Assembly (NCBI GenBank): GCA_963848295.1
Contig: CAWKDB010000001.1
Location: forward strand, 65,109-129,108
Direction of reading: 5' to 3'
Source: an uncultured delta proteobacterium
Lineage (GTDB): Bacteria; Myxococcota_A; Polyangia; Haliangiales; Haliangiaceae
DNA length: 64,000 nt
Shown here: one piece after another, positions 1 to 11,449 of the stretch
How positions within the stretch are numbered: the stretch's first letter is position 1
Layout of the letters: the number at the start of each line of letters is the position of its first letter
Notes under the pieces: generated by a model
Seen by the model: only the letters and a program-made list of their open reading frames with translations
Database searches by the model: none
Told to the model about the DNA's origin: nothing
Made by a program: the position numbers and the translations under genes

Positions 1-4
1 CGGA

Positions 5-212
5 TCAGGCGGACAGCACCTTCGCGAGCGTCGTGCCCATCTCAGCCGGCGTCGCGGCGACCGCGATACCCGCGGCCTTGAGCGCGGCGATCTTGTCGGC
101 CGCGGCGCCCTTGCCACCCGAGATGATCGCGCCGGCGTGACCCATGCGCTTGCCCGGCGGCGCGGTCTGGCCGCCGATGAACGCGGCGACCGGCTTCTTG
201 ACGTTGTCGTGG
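5..212 (-). pseudogene. sucD: Orphan 3' fragment of succinyl-CoA synthetase alpha subunit (last ~68 codons)
   Basis: Translates [35 protein letters not shown]...TLAKVLSA*. 22-212 matches 1918-2108 with about 14 mismatches in 191 nt; homology stops abruptly at 212. Confidence 0.85.
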
Positions 213-259
213 CGGTCGCGATGGTGCAGCGCGCGCAGTCGCAAACCGAGCACGTCTAG

Positions 260-1723
260 TCAGTTGAGGTGGTACGGCGGCTCGAGACACCCGATCGCGT
301 CGACGAACGTCGCGGCGGCGAGGCGCTCGAGCGTGTCGGGCGGAGCGCGCACCTCGATCGCGCTGCCGCGGCTGAAGTCCGTGCCGCCTGGTTGCGCGGT
401 GATCGTGAGGCCGGGACAGCTGCGCAAGAACGCCATCGCCTCGGCAGCGGGAAGCGCGAGCTCGATGGTGTGATCGTCGAGCTCGCTCGCGCTCTTGTCG
501 CAGCGTTCGAGCTTGTGGCGGAGCGCCGTCGGATCGACCGGCAGGGCCGCACATGACGGCCGCGGGCTCGCGGCGTTCGCGGCCACGAGCGCGCGTCGCG
601 CGGCGAGCCCGTGCATCGATGGGAGTTGCCCCGCAGGAGTCGCGTCCGCGGCCCGATGTTCGTGCCGCAGGTCGTTGATGTAGAACGGCGGGCCGTAGCG
701 TACCGTCGGCACCGCGAGCTCGATCCCCGAGCGAGGGAGGCGGATCGCGGCCCACTCGTCGACCACCCACTGGTTCGTCGCCGGCTCCGCGCCGATCACG
801 GTGTTGACGTCCACCAGGTGGGCGACGAGCTCGCCGGCGATCCCGGTCTCTGCATCGAATAGCACCCGGACGTCGGGGTGCGGTCGCGCGGCCGGGACCA
901 AGCCGGGCGCGAGCTGGCTCACTAGCGCGCGGGCGAGCGCGTGGAGCGAGGCCTCGGTCGACACCGACGCCCACAGCTCGCGCGGGCGAGCGCTGACCTC
1001 CGGATGCTTCGCGGTGAACGCGGCGCGCGCGGCGGTCGCGATCGCATCGTCGTGAAACACGGGGGGAGCGACGCCGAACTGCGGATAGATCGGTACGCCG
1101 AGCACGTCGAGGATCGCCACGCCCATGCGCGGATCGTCCCCGCGTGCGCCGCGTAGATCGATCACGACCGACGCGGTCGAGGCCAGGGCGCGCAGCACGT
1201 CGCCGAATCCCGACCAACGCGGATCGTCAGGCGCGACGAAGCTCGCGATCGAAAGCACGCCGACGGCGGTGGCTCGGTCGTCGAGCGCCGAACTACCCGA
1301 TGGCAGCGCGGCTACATCGAGGCGCCAGGTGTACGCCGGCCCCGGGGCGGGTGCCAGGCGAGCGCTCGGTCGCGGCGAGGTGCCGGCAGTGCGATCGCAC
1401 GGCGGCGTCGCGACCACCGGGCTGTAGTCGACGACGAGCGCAGTGCAGAACGCGGCCACTTCGGCGTTCTCCGACGCGAGCGCGGCGCGACGCCAGGCCA
1501 TCCGATTCGATCGTGCCAGCGGCCCGACCAGGTGCCCGAGCACATCCTCGAGGTACGCGACGTCGGCGATCCTATCCGCTGCGGAGAGCGTGCGGTCGAC
1601 CGGCGGCGCACCGAGAGCGACGAGGCGTGCCACGGTCACCGGGGGCGCATCGAACCGAGCGTCGTCGAGGAGCGATGCCCCGCATCCGACGAGCGCGATG
1701 ACTCCGAGCCAATCGAGTCGCAT
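260..1723 (-). CDS. S41 peptidase-like lipoprotein, probably catalytically degenerate
   Basis: Lipobox-like LVGC; VVIDLRGARG resembles the S41 DLRxNxGG motif; VLFDAETGIAGE..TVIG..RLPRSGIELAVPT parallels the S41 C-terminal core. Start chosen at ATG 1723. Confidence 0.55.
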   Translation of the reverse strand: MRLDWLGVIALVGCGASLLDDARFDAPPVTVARLVALGAPPVDRTLSAADRIADVAYLEDVLGHLVGPLARSNRMAWRRAALASENAEVAAFCTALVVDYSPVVATPPCDRTAGTSPRPSARLAPAPGPAYTWRLDVAALPSGSSALDDRATAVGVLSIASFVAPDDPRWSGFGDVLRALASTASVVIDLRGARGDDPRMGVAILDVLGVPIYPQFGVAPPVFHDDAIATAARAAFTAKHPEVSARPRELWASVSTEASLHALARALVSQLAPGLVPAARPHPDVRVLFDAETGIAGELVAHLVDVNTVIGAEPATNQWVVDEWAAIRLPRSGIELAVPTVRYGPPFYINDLRHEHRAADATPAGQLPSMHGLAARRALVAANAASPRPSCAALPVDPTALRHKLERCDKSASELDDHTIELALPAAEAMAFLRSCPGLTITAQPGGTDFSRGSAIEVRAPPDTLERLAAATFVDAIGCLEPPYHLN

Positions 1724-1903
1724 GCCGCGTTGTAACGGGTGAGCCGCGACCCTGCGTCGCGATGGCTCGAAGTATTCGGCGGAGCTCAGAGCGGATGCGA
1801 CGTCACGCTCCCGGTCGCGCTGGCCGGCAGGTGCTGCGGCAAGGAAATATCTGGCGCTCCGCTGCATCCGACGGCGGCGAGTGCGAGCACCGCACGCACG
1901 GCC

Positions 1904-2784
1904 TCACGCCAGAACGGTCGCGAGCGTCGTGCCCATCTCGGCCGGCGTCGCGGCGACCGCGATACCCGCGGCCTTGAGCGCAGCGATCTTGTCGGCGGCG
2001 GCGCCCTTACCGCCGGAGATGATCGCGCCGGCGTGGCCCATGCGCTTGCCGGGCGGTGCGGTCAGGCCACCGATGAACGCGGCACACGGCTTCTTGACGT
2101 TGTCGTGGATGAACTGCGCGGCGCGCTCTTCGGAGTCGCCGCCGATCTCGCCGATCATGAAGATCGACGACGTCCCGGGATCCTCGGCGAACCAACTGAT
2201 CGCGTCGATGAAGTCGGTGCCCTTGACCGGATCGCCGCCGATGCCGATCGCGGTCGATTGCCCGAGGCCGAGCGCGGTGAGCTGATGCACGACCTCGTAG
2301 GTCAGCGTGCCGGAGCGCGACACGACGCCGACGCCGCCCGGCTTGTGGATGTAGCCCGGCATGATGCCGACCTTGCATTGGCCCGGCGTGATCACGCCTG
2401 GACAGTTCGGGCCGATCAACACGACATCTTTGTAATCGCGCTCGAGCACGTACTTGACCTTGACCATGTCGTTCGCCGGGATGCCCTCGGTGATCGCGAT
2501 GACCAAGCGAATGCCCGCGGCGGCAGCTTCGAGGATCGAATCCGCGGCGAACGGCGGCGGCACGTAGATGACGCTCGTGTTCGCGCCAGCGAGCCGCACC
2601 GCTTCGTCGACCGTGTCGTACATCGGGACTTGCTCGAGCCCGGCGACCTTGCTGCCGCCCTTGCCGGGCGTGACGCCGGCGACGACGCGCGTGCCGTACT
2701 CGACCATCTGCTTCGCGTGAAACGCGCCGGCCGAGCCGGACATGCCCTGGACGACGAGCTTGGTGTCATTGCCAACGAGGACGC

Positions 2785-2788
<4 letters not shown>
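1904..2788 (-). CDS. sucD: Succinyl-CoA synthetase subunit alpha
   Basis: [39 protein letters not shown] (phospho-His); ATGA overlap with the sucC stop. Confidence 0.97.
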
Positions 2789-3967
<1,179 letters not shown>

Positions 3968-4047
3968 GTCGCGGGTGTATCACGGCGAGGCGCGACGGGC
4001 AGCTCACGGGCCGGTGAAGCGATCCTGGTCGCCGTGGTCGTCGTAGC

Positions 4048-5289
4048 TCATTCGGCTTCGCGCCGGCGCGGCCACCACCAATAGGCGGACAGCGCGAACA
4101 CCAGCGGCAGCGACATCATCGCGATCGTCATCGGGAGCCAATCGCGCAACAGCCCGAGCGCGGGCGGCGACCACAGATCGCCGAACAAATGGATCGCGAA
4201 GATCATCCCGGCCATCGCGCTCGCGCGGAGGTGAGGTGGGACCGAGCGCAGCCCGATCGCGTTGACCGGCGAGGTCGAGACGAACAGGCCGAGCTGCACG
4301 AGGAACGTGATCCCGAAGAACAGCGCCGGGTTTGGCATGAAGAACACGAGCACACCGAGCGGCGTCGCGATGATCATGCCGAGCGCACAGATCCGGAGCA
4401 GCGCGTTGATCGCGGTGCGATTCTCGCGCGAGTCGTAGGCGGCGTCGTCGGCGACCGGCGGGAGCTTGCGCACCGCGCGATCTGCCCATTGTCCGCCGAC
4501 GAGGGTCGCGATCGTGCCGCTGATCACCGTGACCAGACCGAACCAGAACCCGGCGCTCTTCGTGGTCAGGTCGTGCGGGAACCGCGATACCAAGAACTCG
4601 GGACCCCAGTACGCGAACGCGCCGAGCGCGGCGGTGTACGCGCAGCAGCCGACGACCGCGCGCCGGTACAACGGGATCTTCGACAGCGTCGACAGGTTCT
4701 CCAGCACCTTCGCCTTGGCGTCGGCGAGCTGACGCGGCGGCTCGACGATCAGCAGACAGCTCAACGCCAGGACGATGCCGGGACCGCCCGCGATGAAGAA
4801 CGCCGCGTGCCAGCCCCACGCGTCGTCGACCGCTCCGCCCATCATGAAGCCCATCGCGGAGCCGAGCGGGATCGCGAGGTAGAAGATCGCGAGCGCGCGG
4901 TTCTTCTGATCCGGTGGCGTCAGGTCGTCGATGATCGTCGGCGCGAGGGTCGCGTAGCTCGCCTCGCCAACGCCGACGACCATGCGCGCGAGCAAGAACG
5001 TCCACAGGCTCGTCGACAACCCGGTCGCCGCGGTCGCGAGGCTCCACACGAGCACGCCGAACGCGATCAGGCCCTTGCGCGAACCTTTGTCGGCGCGCGC
5101 GCCGAACAGCGGCGCGGTCAGGAAGTAGCCGACCATGAACGCGCTGCCGCCGAGCCCGGCCATGGCGTGCGACAAGCTTAGGTCGCCTTCGATCGACTTG
5201 AGCACCGACGCCAGCATGTAGCGATCGATGTAGTTGAGGAAGTTGAGGCCGGTGAGCAGCGCCAGGATCGCGCCGCGCCGTCTGATCAT
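4048..5289 (-). CDS. MFS transporter, spinster-like
   Basis: LNFLNYIDRY N-terminal motif, ARMVVGVGEASY, multiple TM helices; ATGA-coupled to the upstream gene. Confidence 0.85.
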   Translation of the reverse strand: MIRRRGAILALLTGLNFLNYIDRYMLASVLKSIEGDLSLSHAMAGLGGSAFMVGYFLTAPLFGARADKGSRKGLIAFGVLVWSLATAATGLSTSLWTFLLARMVVGVGEASYATLAPTIIDDLTPPDQKNRALAIFYLAIPLGSAMGFMMGGAVDDAWGWHAAFFIAGGPGIVLALSCLLIVEPPRQLADAKAKVLENLSTLSKIPLYRRAVVGCCAYTAALGAFAYWGPEFLVSRFPHDLTTKSAGFWFGLVTVISGTIATLVGGQWADRAVRKLPPVADDAAYDSRENRTAINALLRICALGMIIATPLGVLVFFMPNPALFFGITFLVQLGLFVSTSPVNAIGLRSVPPHLRASAMAGMIFAIHLFGDLWSPPALGLLRDWLPMTIAMMSLPLVFALSAYWWWPRRREAE

Positions 5290-6542
5290 TTCTTCACCAG
5301 CTGGATCAGGACCTGGACCGGGTACATCGCGCCGGTCTCCTGGTTGCCTTCCTCGGAGTCGCCGACCGTGTAGTACGCCGCGCCGACCTGCGCGAGCAGC
5401 GCGACGCCGAGCGGATCGGCCTTGACGATGTCCCAGCGCAGCCCGGCATCGGCCTCCCACGCGTAGCCGCTGATCGCACTCGAGCTGCTGGTCATCCCGG
5501 GCGCGGGCGCAGGTGCGGCGCCGCCGCCGTAGTTGAATGCGAGCGCGATGTACGGGGTGACGCGCGTCTGGAGGATCATCCAGCGCACGACGAACCCGAG
5601 CGACAGGCCGCCGGCGAGGCTGCCGATCCGGACGGCGGCCTCGTAGTGGGCGAGTCGCCCGCCGAGCTCGGCTTCATACAAGCCGCCGCGACCGCCGAGG
5701 TCGGCGCCGCCGACGAAGCCGACGGTGTAGGCGGTCTTGAGCTTGACCGGCGGTGTCGCGACGCCGGTACCGCCGCTCGAGTCGTCGCCGATCGCGTCCA
5801 TCCGGGTCAGGACGCCATCGACCCGAGACGTGTCATTCGCCGGGACCTGTGCGGTGAACGTGTACGGCGCGTAACCGTACGCGGTCAGCTTCACCTCGTG
5901 CGGGCCGGGCGCGACGATCAGCTTCGCGGGCGTGACGCCGGCCGATCGATTGTCGACCGTGACGAGCGCGCCTTCGGGCACCGACGTCACGACGAGCTCG
6001 CCGCTCGCGCCGCCGAGGTTGACCACGACATCGATCGGGTCGCCGTACTCGGTCGTGATGTCGCGAGGCTCGATCTGCGCGCCGCTCGCGACGATGATGT
6101 GATGGCTGCCGCCTTTGATCATGCCGGTGTACGGCGTCGTGCCGACGTTGCCGCCGTCGATCGAGACGGTCGCGCCGTCGGGCAGCGAGCGCACGGTGAT
6201 CGAGCCCGGTCGCGTGCGCAGCTCGCTCAGCGTCTGGGCGACCTTCGCGTGATCCGGCGACGCCGGTGCGGCTTCGAGGTAGCGCTGATACCAGGTCGAC
6301 GCCTCGCGCAGCTGGCCGAGCCGCTCGTAGTCGGTGGCGATGTTGAACATCGCGAACGGGTGTGGCACCAGCTCGTACGCGCGCAGGTAGTGCTCGATCG
6401 CGCCACGCCAATCCTTGGCGCGATCGGACGCTTCACCGGCGGCGAACGCGGCGCGGGCGTCGTCGCGTTCGTCGGCTCGAACCCCGCGCGCGCAGAGCCC
6501 CGACACGAGGAGGACGGCTAGGACGAGCGAGCCAATGCGCAT
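5286..6542 (-). CDS. Secreted TPR + PEGA-domain protein
   Basis: Signal peptide, TPR-like helices (AIEHYLRAYELVPHP..FNIA), two PEGA repeats (SLPDGATVSIDG..GTTP; SVPEGALVTVD..GVTP), beta-strand-rich C-terminus. Confidence 0.8.
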   Translation of the reverse strand: MRIGSLVLAVLLVSGLCARGVRADERDDARAAFAAGEASDRAKDWRGAIEHYLRAYELVPHPFAMFNIATDYERLGQLREASTWYQRYLEAAPASPDHAKVAQTLSELRTRPGSITVRSLPDGATVSIDGGNVGTTPYTGMIKGGSHHIIVASGAQIEPRDITTEYGDPIDVVVNLGGASGELVVTSVPEGALVTVDNRSAGVTPAKLIVAPGPHEVKLTAYGYAPYTFTAQVPANDTSRVDGVLTRMDAIGDDSSGGTGVATPPVKLKTAYTVGFVGGADLGGRGGLYEAELGGRLAHYEAAVRIGSLAGGLSLGFVVRWMILQTRVTPYIALAFNYGGGAAPAPAPGMTSSSSAISGYAWEADAGLRWDIVKADPLGVALLAQVGAAYYTVGDSEEGNQETGAMYPVQVLIQLVKK

Positions 6543-8122
6543 CAGTAAGGATTCGGCTTATAGCCCGAGCCGGCGCCGGGATCGGGCGTGACGCCGCGCG
6601 GATGATCGGTATGCGGCGTCGCTGGCGTGGACGGCACGGTCTCGCCGTGCGATCCGGGCGCGGTGCGGCCGGGCGTCGCCGGCAGCTTCGCGATGGCCTT
6701 GGCCCCAGCGGGTTTCGGCTTCGCGATCCCTGGGGGCTTGACCGAGCCCGAGCCAGAGCCCGCGCCAGCCACGACCCGAGGCACGGGCTGGAGCGTGATC
6801 ACCGCGGACGTGCGCTCGCCCGCCGGGACGTCCTCGTCTTCGTCGACCGCGAGGTAATCGGCGAGCTCGATGTGGAGGTGGTGGCGACCCGGTTTGACGG
6901 TCACCCCGAGCGGCGTGCTACCCGACTCGGCGTTGTCGATGCTGACCCGGCCACCGGGCGGGATGGTCTTGATCTCGAGCGTGCCGGTCGCCGCGACTGC
7001 GGGCGTGGTCGCGGCCGCGGGCGTCGTCGCGGCCGGTGGTGTGACCTCGCCAGTGACCCCGCCAGCCGCGGCTTGCTCGCCGTTGTTCGCCGCGACGATC
7101 GCGATCGCGGCACCCGCGACGATGGTGACGGCGACCAGCGCGTACGGCCAGCGCCTGCGAGGCGCCGGCGGTCGCGTGATCGCATGCGCGACCGAGCTCG
7201 AAACGCCGACCGTGCCGGCGAGCGCGAGCTGCGAGATGTTGTGCTCGTGATGGAGCTCCGCGATGAACGCCTCGGCGGTGGCGACCCGATCCTCCGGCTC
7301 TTTTTGCAGCGCGTGATGGACCGCCGCGCACAGGTTCGCCGGCAGCCCGGGCCGGACATCCCCGACCGGCGGCGGCGACGCGGTCAGCACCTTCGCGATC
7401 AGGATGGGATAGGTCGCGCCGTCGAACGGCGGCTTGCCGGCGAGCATCTCGTACAAGATCACGCCGCACGCGTAGAGGTCGACGCGCGGATCGATCTCGA
7501 CGCCCATCGCCTGCTCGGGCGCCATGTACAGCGGCGTGCCCATCACCATGCCGGTCGTGGTGAGCCGGGTCGGAATATCCTCGCCGATGTTGAGGATCTT
7601 CGAGATGCCGAAGTCGAGCAGCTTGACGAAGTCGTGCTGATCGTCGTCGTCGACGAGGAAGATATTATCGGGCTTGAGATCGCGATGGATGATGCCCTTG
7701 GCGTGGGCGGCGCCGACCGCGCGCAGCGTCTGGCGCATGATGTCGATCGCGCGCCACGGCTCCATCGGACCGGTGCGCAGCAGGATCTCCGATAGCGACG
7801 CGCCGGACAGCAGCTCCATGACGACGAACGGTCGGCCATCCTCCGACACGCCGATGTGCTGGACGTCGACGATGTGCGCGTTGCCGATCCGGCTCGCGGC
7901 GAGCGCTTCGCGTTGAAACCGCGCGATCGCATCGGCGTCCTGCGCGAACTTCTCGAGCATGACCTTGACCGCGACGCGCTTGCCGAGCTGGACGTGCTCG
8001 GCCTCGTACACCACCCCCATGCCGCCCCGTCCGATCTCGCGAACGATCCGGTAACGAGCGTCGAGCGTCTCGCCTAACAGAGAAGCAACCGCGTCCACAG
8101 GCCCCCGATGGTAATCGATCAT
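6542..8122 (-). CDS. Ser/Thr protein kinase with TM helix and PEGA domain
   Basis: [33 protein letters not shown]. Start may be GTG 8098. Confidence 0.93.
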   Translation of the reverse strand: MIDYHRGPVDAVASLLGETLDARYRIVREIGRGGMGVVYEAEHVQLGKRVAVKVMLEKFAQDADAIARFQREALAASRIGNAHIVDVQHIGVSEDGRPFVVMELLSGASLSEILLRTGPMEPWRAIDIMRQTLRAVGAAHAKGIIHRDLKPDNIFLVDDDDQHDFVKLLDFGISKILNIGEDIPTRLTTTGMVMGTPLYMAPEQAMGVEIDPRVDLYACGVILYEMLAGKPPFDGATYPILIAKVLTASPPPVGDVRPGLPANLCAAVHHALQKEPEDRVATAEAFIAELHHEHNISQLALAGTVGVSSSVAHAITRPPAPRRRWPYALVAVTIVAGAAIAIVAANNGEQAAAGGVTGEVTPPAATTPAAATTPAVAATGTLEIKTIPPGGRVSIDNAESGSTPLGVTVKPGRHHLHIELADYLAVDEDEDVPAGERTSAVITLQPVPRVVAGAGSGSGSVKPPGIAKPKPAGAKAIAKLPATPGRTAPGSHGETVPSTPATPHTDHPRGVTPDPGAGSGYKPNPY

Positions 8123-8125
8123 GTG

Positions 8126-8229
8126 GGGGACGCTGTCTCTATTGTCAACTTGCGGGCGAGAGCCCAGCGCGTAACGGACGGTTTTCGCCGAGGTTTTCTG
8201 GGGACGCTGTCTCTATTGTCACCTTGCGG
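8126..8229. repeat. Two 30-bp direct repeats separated by 44 bp
   Basis: GGGGACGCTGTCTCTATTGTCAACTTGCGG (8126-8155) and GGGGACGCTGTCTCTATTGTCACCTTGCGG (8200-8229), one mismatch. Confidence 0.9.
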
Positions 8230-8255
8230 TCGCGGGGTTGGTCGGCGAACGTCGA

Positions 8256-8906
8256 TTATTTCGGTGACGCCGCGACGTCGACGACCGCGGCGGCATACGC
8301 CTGTGCGGCGGCTTCACAGGCGTCGAGGGTGCCGGTCAGCCACGCGCACGCGAAGTTGGTCTCGGTCGGCGGCGGCGTGATGCGCACGCTGCGGACGTCG
8401 GCGGCCTTGAGCGCGGCGTCGAGCCCGATCGTGGCCTCGAGCGGCGGTGCGACGAGGTACGCCATCGGCTCGCCGACCGACAGCCCGGCTTCGCGCGACA
8501 GGTACTCGCCGAGCGACGCGATGACATGCGGGAACACCGTCACGGTGCGCTTGCCATCGGCGTCGTAGAAGCACGCGTCGTGGGCGAGGCAGCGCAGCAG
8601 TGCGTCGAGCCCGGCGTCGATCGCCTCGGGCTCGGCCGCACCGAGCACGCCGAGGATCTCGCCCGACAGCCGGCCGCTCGCGTGCGCCGCGCCGGCATAG
8701 AAGCTGCGCGCGAAGATGACGTCGACCTGCGCGTGCTTGGTCGCTTCGTCGAGCGCGACGTACATCGCGTCGTCCTGATCGCACGTGACCAGGCCGAGCG
8801 AGCGATGGCGCTCCGGGTCTCCGCCGTAGCCGCGGATCAGCGCGGGATCGGCGTTCGGCAGCCTGCGCACCGAGAGCACGATCGGCACGATCGGCTCGAG
8901 AATCAC
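8256..8906 (-). CDS. eutL: Ethanolamine utilization microcompartment shell protein (tandem BMC domain)
   Basis: SLGLVTCDQDDAMYVALDEATK, ARSFYAGAAH, YLVAPPLEA, PPTETNF; GTGA-coupled to eutC. Confidence 0.9.
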   Translation of the reverse strand: MILEPIVPIVLSVRRLPNADPALIRGYGGDPERHRSLGLVTCDQDDAMYVALDEATKHAQVDVIFARSFYAGAAHASGRLSGEILGVLGAAEPEAIDAGLDALLRCLAHDACFYDADGKRTVTVFPHVIASLGEYLSREAGLSVGEPMAYLVAPPLEATIGLDAALKAADVRSVRITPPPTETNFACAWLTGTLDACEAAAQAYAAAVVDVAASPK

Positions 8907-9802
8907 ACGTGCTCCACGAGCTTCTGGCGCACCTGCGGCGCACGCGGTGCACGCTCGCTGGCCTCGCCGATCCGCGCGAGGTCCAGGCTCACGCCGCTCG
9001 TCTTCTGCTCGATCATCGCGGCGGCGAACCCGGCGAGCCGCGCCGCCGCTTCGGCGATCGGAATGCCGCGCGGATGGATGTTCGAGATCATGTTGCGATC
9101 GCCGTCGGTGTTGCCGACCTTCGGGTTGTAGACGACGTACGCCGACAAGCCATCACCGGTGCCGAGCCCCGGGCGTTCGCCGAGCAGGATCATCGCGACC
9201 TTCGCGCCGACGACCTGGCCGATCTCGTCTTCGAGCCACACCCGCGCGAACCGCGCCGCGATCGGTGTGCCAACGGTCAGCTTGCGCGCGGTGCATGCCG
9301 CGGCGACCGCATCGTAGAGCTGCTTGCCCGAGCCGACGCAAGCGACCGCCGAGAGGCCGTCGGCGACGATGATCTGAACGTCGGGGCCTTTGATCGCCTT
9401 CGCGCGCAGGTCTGCGAGCGACGTATCGGACAGCCGACGTCCGAGATCCGGACGCAGCAGGAACTCGCGATGATCGGCGACGCGAGTCGCGAGGCCCAAG
9501 AAGCCGTGATGCGCGGCCCAACCATCGGGCAACAGCGCCTCGACCGCGCCGTGCGCGACCGCGAGCTCGGCTTGGAACTGGAGCACGACCTCGGTCGCAT
9601 AGCGCGTGCCGACGTGGCCGATGCCGACGAGCGCCGTCGTGTGGCGCGCGGCGACCGCGGCGAACGGCGAGCGCTCGGGCCTCGGCGTGTAGACCCGCGC
9701 GGGCGGCGGCGGGATCGGCGGCAGCGCCGGCGCGGGCGGCAGCGGGTCGGAGCTGCCGAGTCGGTCGCGCAGCGCGTCCATCAGCTGCCGGGTTCGACTC
9801 AC
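8903..9802 (-). CDS. eutC: Ethanolamine ammonia-lyase small subunit
   Basis: LLRPDLGRRL, DVQIIVADGLS, LLGERPGLG, DRNMISNIHPRG. Confidence 0.93.
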   Translation of the reverse strand: MSRTRQLMDALRDRLGSSDPLPPAPALPPIPPPPARVYTPRPERSPFAAVAARHTTALVGIGHVGTRYATEVVLQFQAELAVAHGAVEALLPDGWAAHHGFLGLATRVADHREFLLRPDLGRRLSDTSLADLRAKAIKGPDVQIIVADGLSAVACVGSGKQLYDAVAAACTARKLTVGTPIAARFARVWLEDEIGQVVGAKVAMILLGERPGLGTGDGLSAYVVYNPKVGNTDGDRNMISNIHPRGIPIAEAAARLAGFAAAMIEQKTSGVSLDLARIGEASERAPRAPQVRQKLVEHV

Positions 9803-9857
9803 GCAGCGTACGTCATCACGGCGCTAGCGACGACGCAAGGTTCACGGCGTGGAGTCG

Positions 9858-10589
9858 CTACAGCTGGCCGCACACCGCGATCTGGTAATCGTTGTTCGAC
9901 CCGCCGAGATCGGTGCCGAGCTGACTCGCGAGCTCGGTGACGAATTGAAAGCTGCCGTCGCTCGCGACCGTTCCCTGCCACTCGATCAACGTCGTGTTGT
10001 CGACGCGCGGCGAGCCCTCGTACGACGCGTCGTACCAGACCAGGCCTTGCGGCGAGATGCCGTTGCATCCCCAGCTGCTCGCGCCGTCGTCGTTCGCGCC
10101 CTCACAATAGATGTAGAACGTGCCGCCGCCGTACATCGTGACATCGATGATCGATTCGTCGTCCTCGAAGCCGAGCGTCGGGACGCCCGCGCTCGGGATC
10201 GCCTCGCGCGTCCCGTCGGTGGCCATCACGCTCGCCGGAGTCGATGACCACGCGCCGCACCCGGTGACCGCATCGCACGCCCGCGACCGCGAGGTCACCG
10301 CGAACGACCCGACCGACGCGGTCGTCGTGCCGGGCGCGAAATACGGGACGAGCTGCGCGAACGTCACGGCGGTGACCCCTGTCGGCAGCGTGTACGGATC
10401 CGCCGTGCAGCCCGCGCTGATCCCCGCATCGCCGGTCGCTAGCGACGCGTCGGTCTCGTGCTCGCTGTCGACCGGCGCGAGCTCGCTGTCGGGTGAGCCA
10501 CCGCGGCTCGCATCCGGAGCGAGCTCCGGGCGACCGGCGTGACCGCATGCTGTAAGCACGAACACGACGAGCACGCGCGCGCGGAGCAT
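9858..10589 (-). CDS. Hypothetical Cys-containing lipoprotein
   Basis: MLRARVLVVFVLTAC lipobox; low-complexity linker then a globular domain with paired Cys. Confidence 0.6.
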   Translation of the reverse strand: MLRARVLVVFVLTACGHAGRPELAPDASRGGSPDSELAPVDSEHETDASLATGDAGISAGCTADPYTLPTGVTAVTFAQLVPYFAPGTTTASVGSFAVTSRSRACDAVTGCGAWSSTPASVMATDGTREAIPSAGVPTLGFEDDESIIDVTMYGGGTFYIYCEGANDDGASSWGCNGISPQGLVWYDASYEGSPRVDNTTLIEWQGTVASDGSFQFVTELASQLGTDLGGSNNDYQIAVCGQL

Positions 10590-10642
10590 GCCCTCCGGAC
10601 GCAACGACCCCGCGGGGAGTCGCATGTGCGATATGAACGGGC

Positions 10643-11449
10643 ATGGACGCGTACACGCGAGTCGTTTGCCAGTGGTGTAACAACCAGAGTCAGAGTCCGA
10701 CGCAGTGCTCGTTCTGCGGCGCGCCACTCGACGTCAAGGACACGGTCACCGAGTCGGGCTGGCGCGAGGCGCCGCGCCTGCGCGACATGACCGAGATCCA
10801 TTTCGACCAGAGCACGTGCCAGGTCGAAGGCGAGGTGGTGCCGGTCGTCGAGATCGCGCTCGCCGAGACCGACTCGGTCTACTTCGAGCATCACGTCATG
10901 CTGTGGAAGCAGCCGACCGTGCCGGTCCAGCTGATGCCGACGCAGGGCCCGAAGCGGTCGTTCTTCAACCTGCCGCACCTGATCACCGTCGCATCCGGGC
11001 CCGGCCGGATCGCATTCTCGCGCGACGCGAGCGGCGAGATCGTCGTGCTGCCGCTCCATCCCGGGATGGAGGTCGACGTGCGCGAACACGCGTTCCTGCT
11101 CGCGAGCTCGCGGATCTCGTACACGTATGTGCGGATCAAGGGCCTCGCGAACATCCTGCACGGCGGCAACGGCATGTGGCTCGATCGGTTCGTGACGAGC
11201 AACGCACCGGGGCTGCTCGTGTTGCACGGCTACGGCAACGTGTTCGAGCGCATGCTCGCGCCCGGCGAAGTGATTCAAGTCGAGCCCGGCGCGATGCTGT
11301 TCAAGGATGCGTCGGTCACGCTCGAGACCGAGAAGATCAAGCTGTCGAGTGGCTTGCTCGGCGGCACGTCGATGTACCTCGCGAAGCTCACCGGGCCGGG
11401 CCGGGTCGGCATCCAGTCGATGTATCACCACGGCGGAGCGGGCGAATGA
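10643..11449 (+). CDS. AIM24-family protein with N-terminal zinc ribbon
   Basis: CQWC..CSFCGAP; GPGRIAFS, LHGYGNVFERML, LTGPGRVGIQSM. Confidence 0.85.
   Translation: MDAYTRVVCQWCNNQSQSPTQCSFCGAPLDVKDTVTESGWREAPRLRDMTEIHFDQSTCQVEGEVVPVVEIALAETDSVYFEHHVMLWKQPTVPVQLMPTQGPKRSFFNLPHLITVASGPGRIAFSRDASGEIVVLPLHPGMEVDVREHAFLLASSRISYTYVRIKGLANILHGGNGMWLDRFVTSNAPGLLVLHGYGNVFERMLAPGEVIQVEPGAMLFKDASVTLETEKIKLSSGLLGGTSMYLAKLTGPGRVGIQSMYHHGGAGE

Noticed and set aside
5..2108. Diversity-generating retroelement TR/VR pair for the sucD duplicate
   Set aside because: Mismatches are not adenine-specific and no reverse transcriptase is present.
8126..8229. Call as a CRISPR array
   Set aside because: Only two repeats, no leader and no cas genes in the window; kept as an unexplained repeat.
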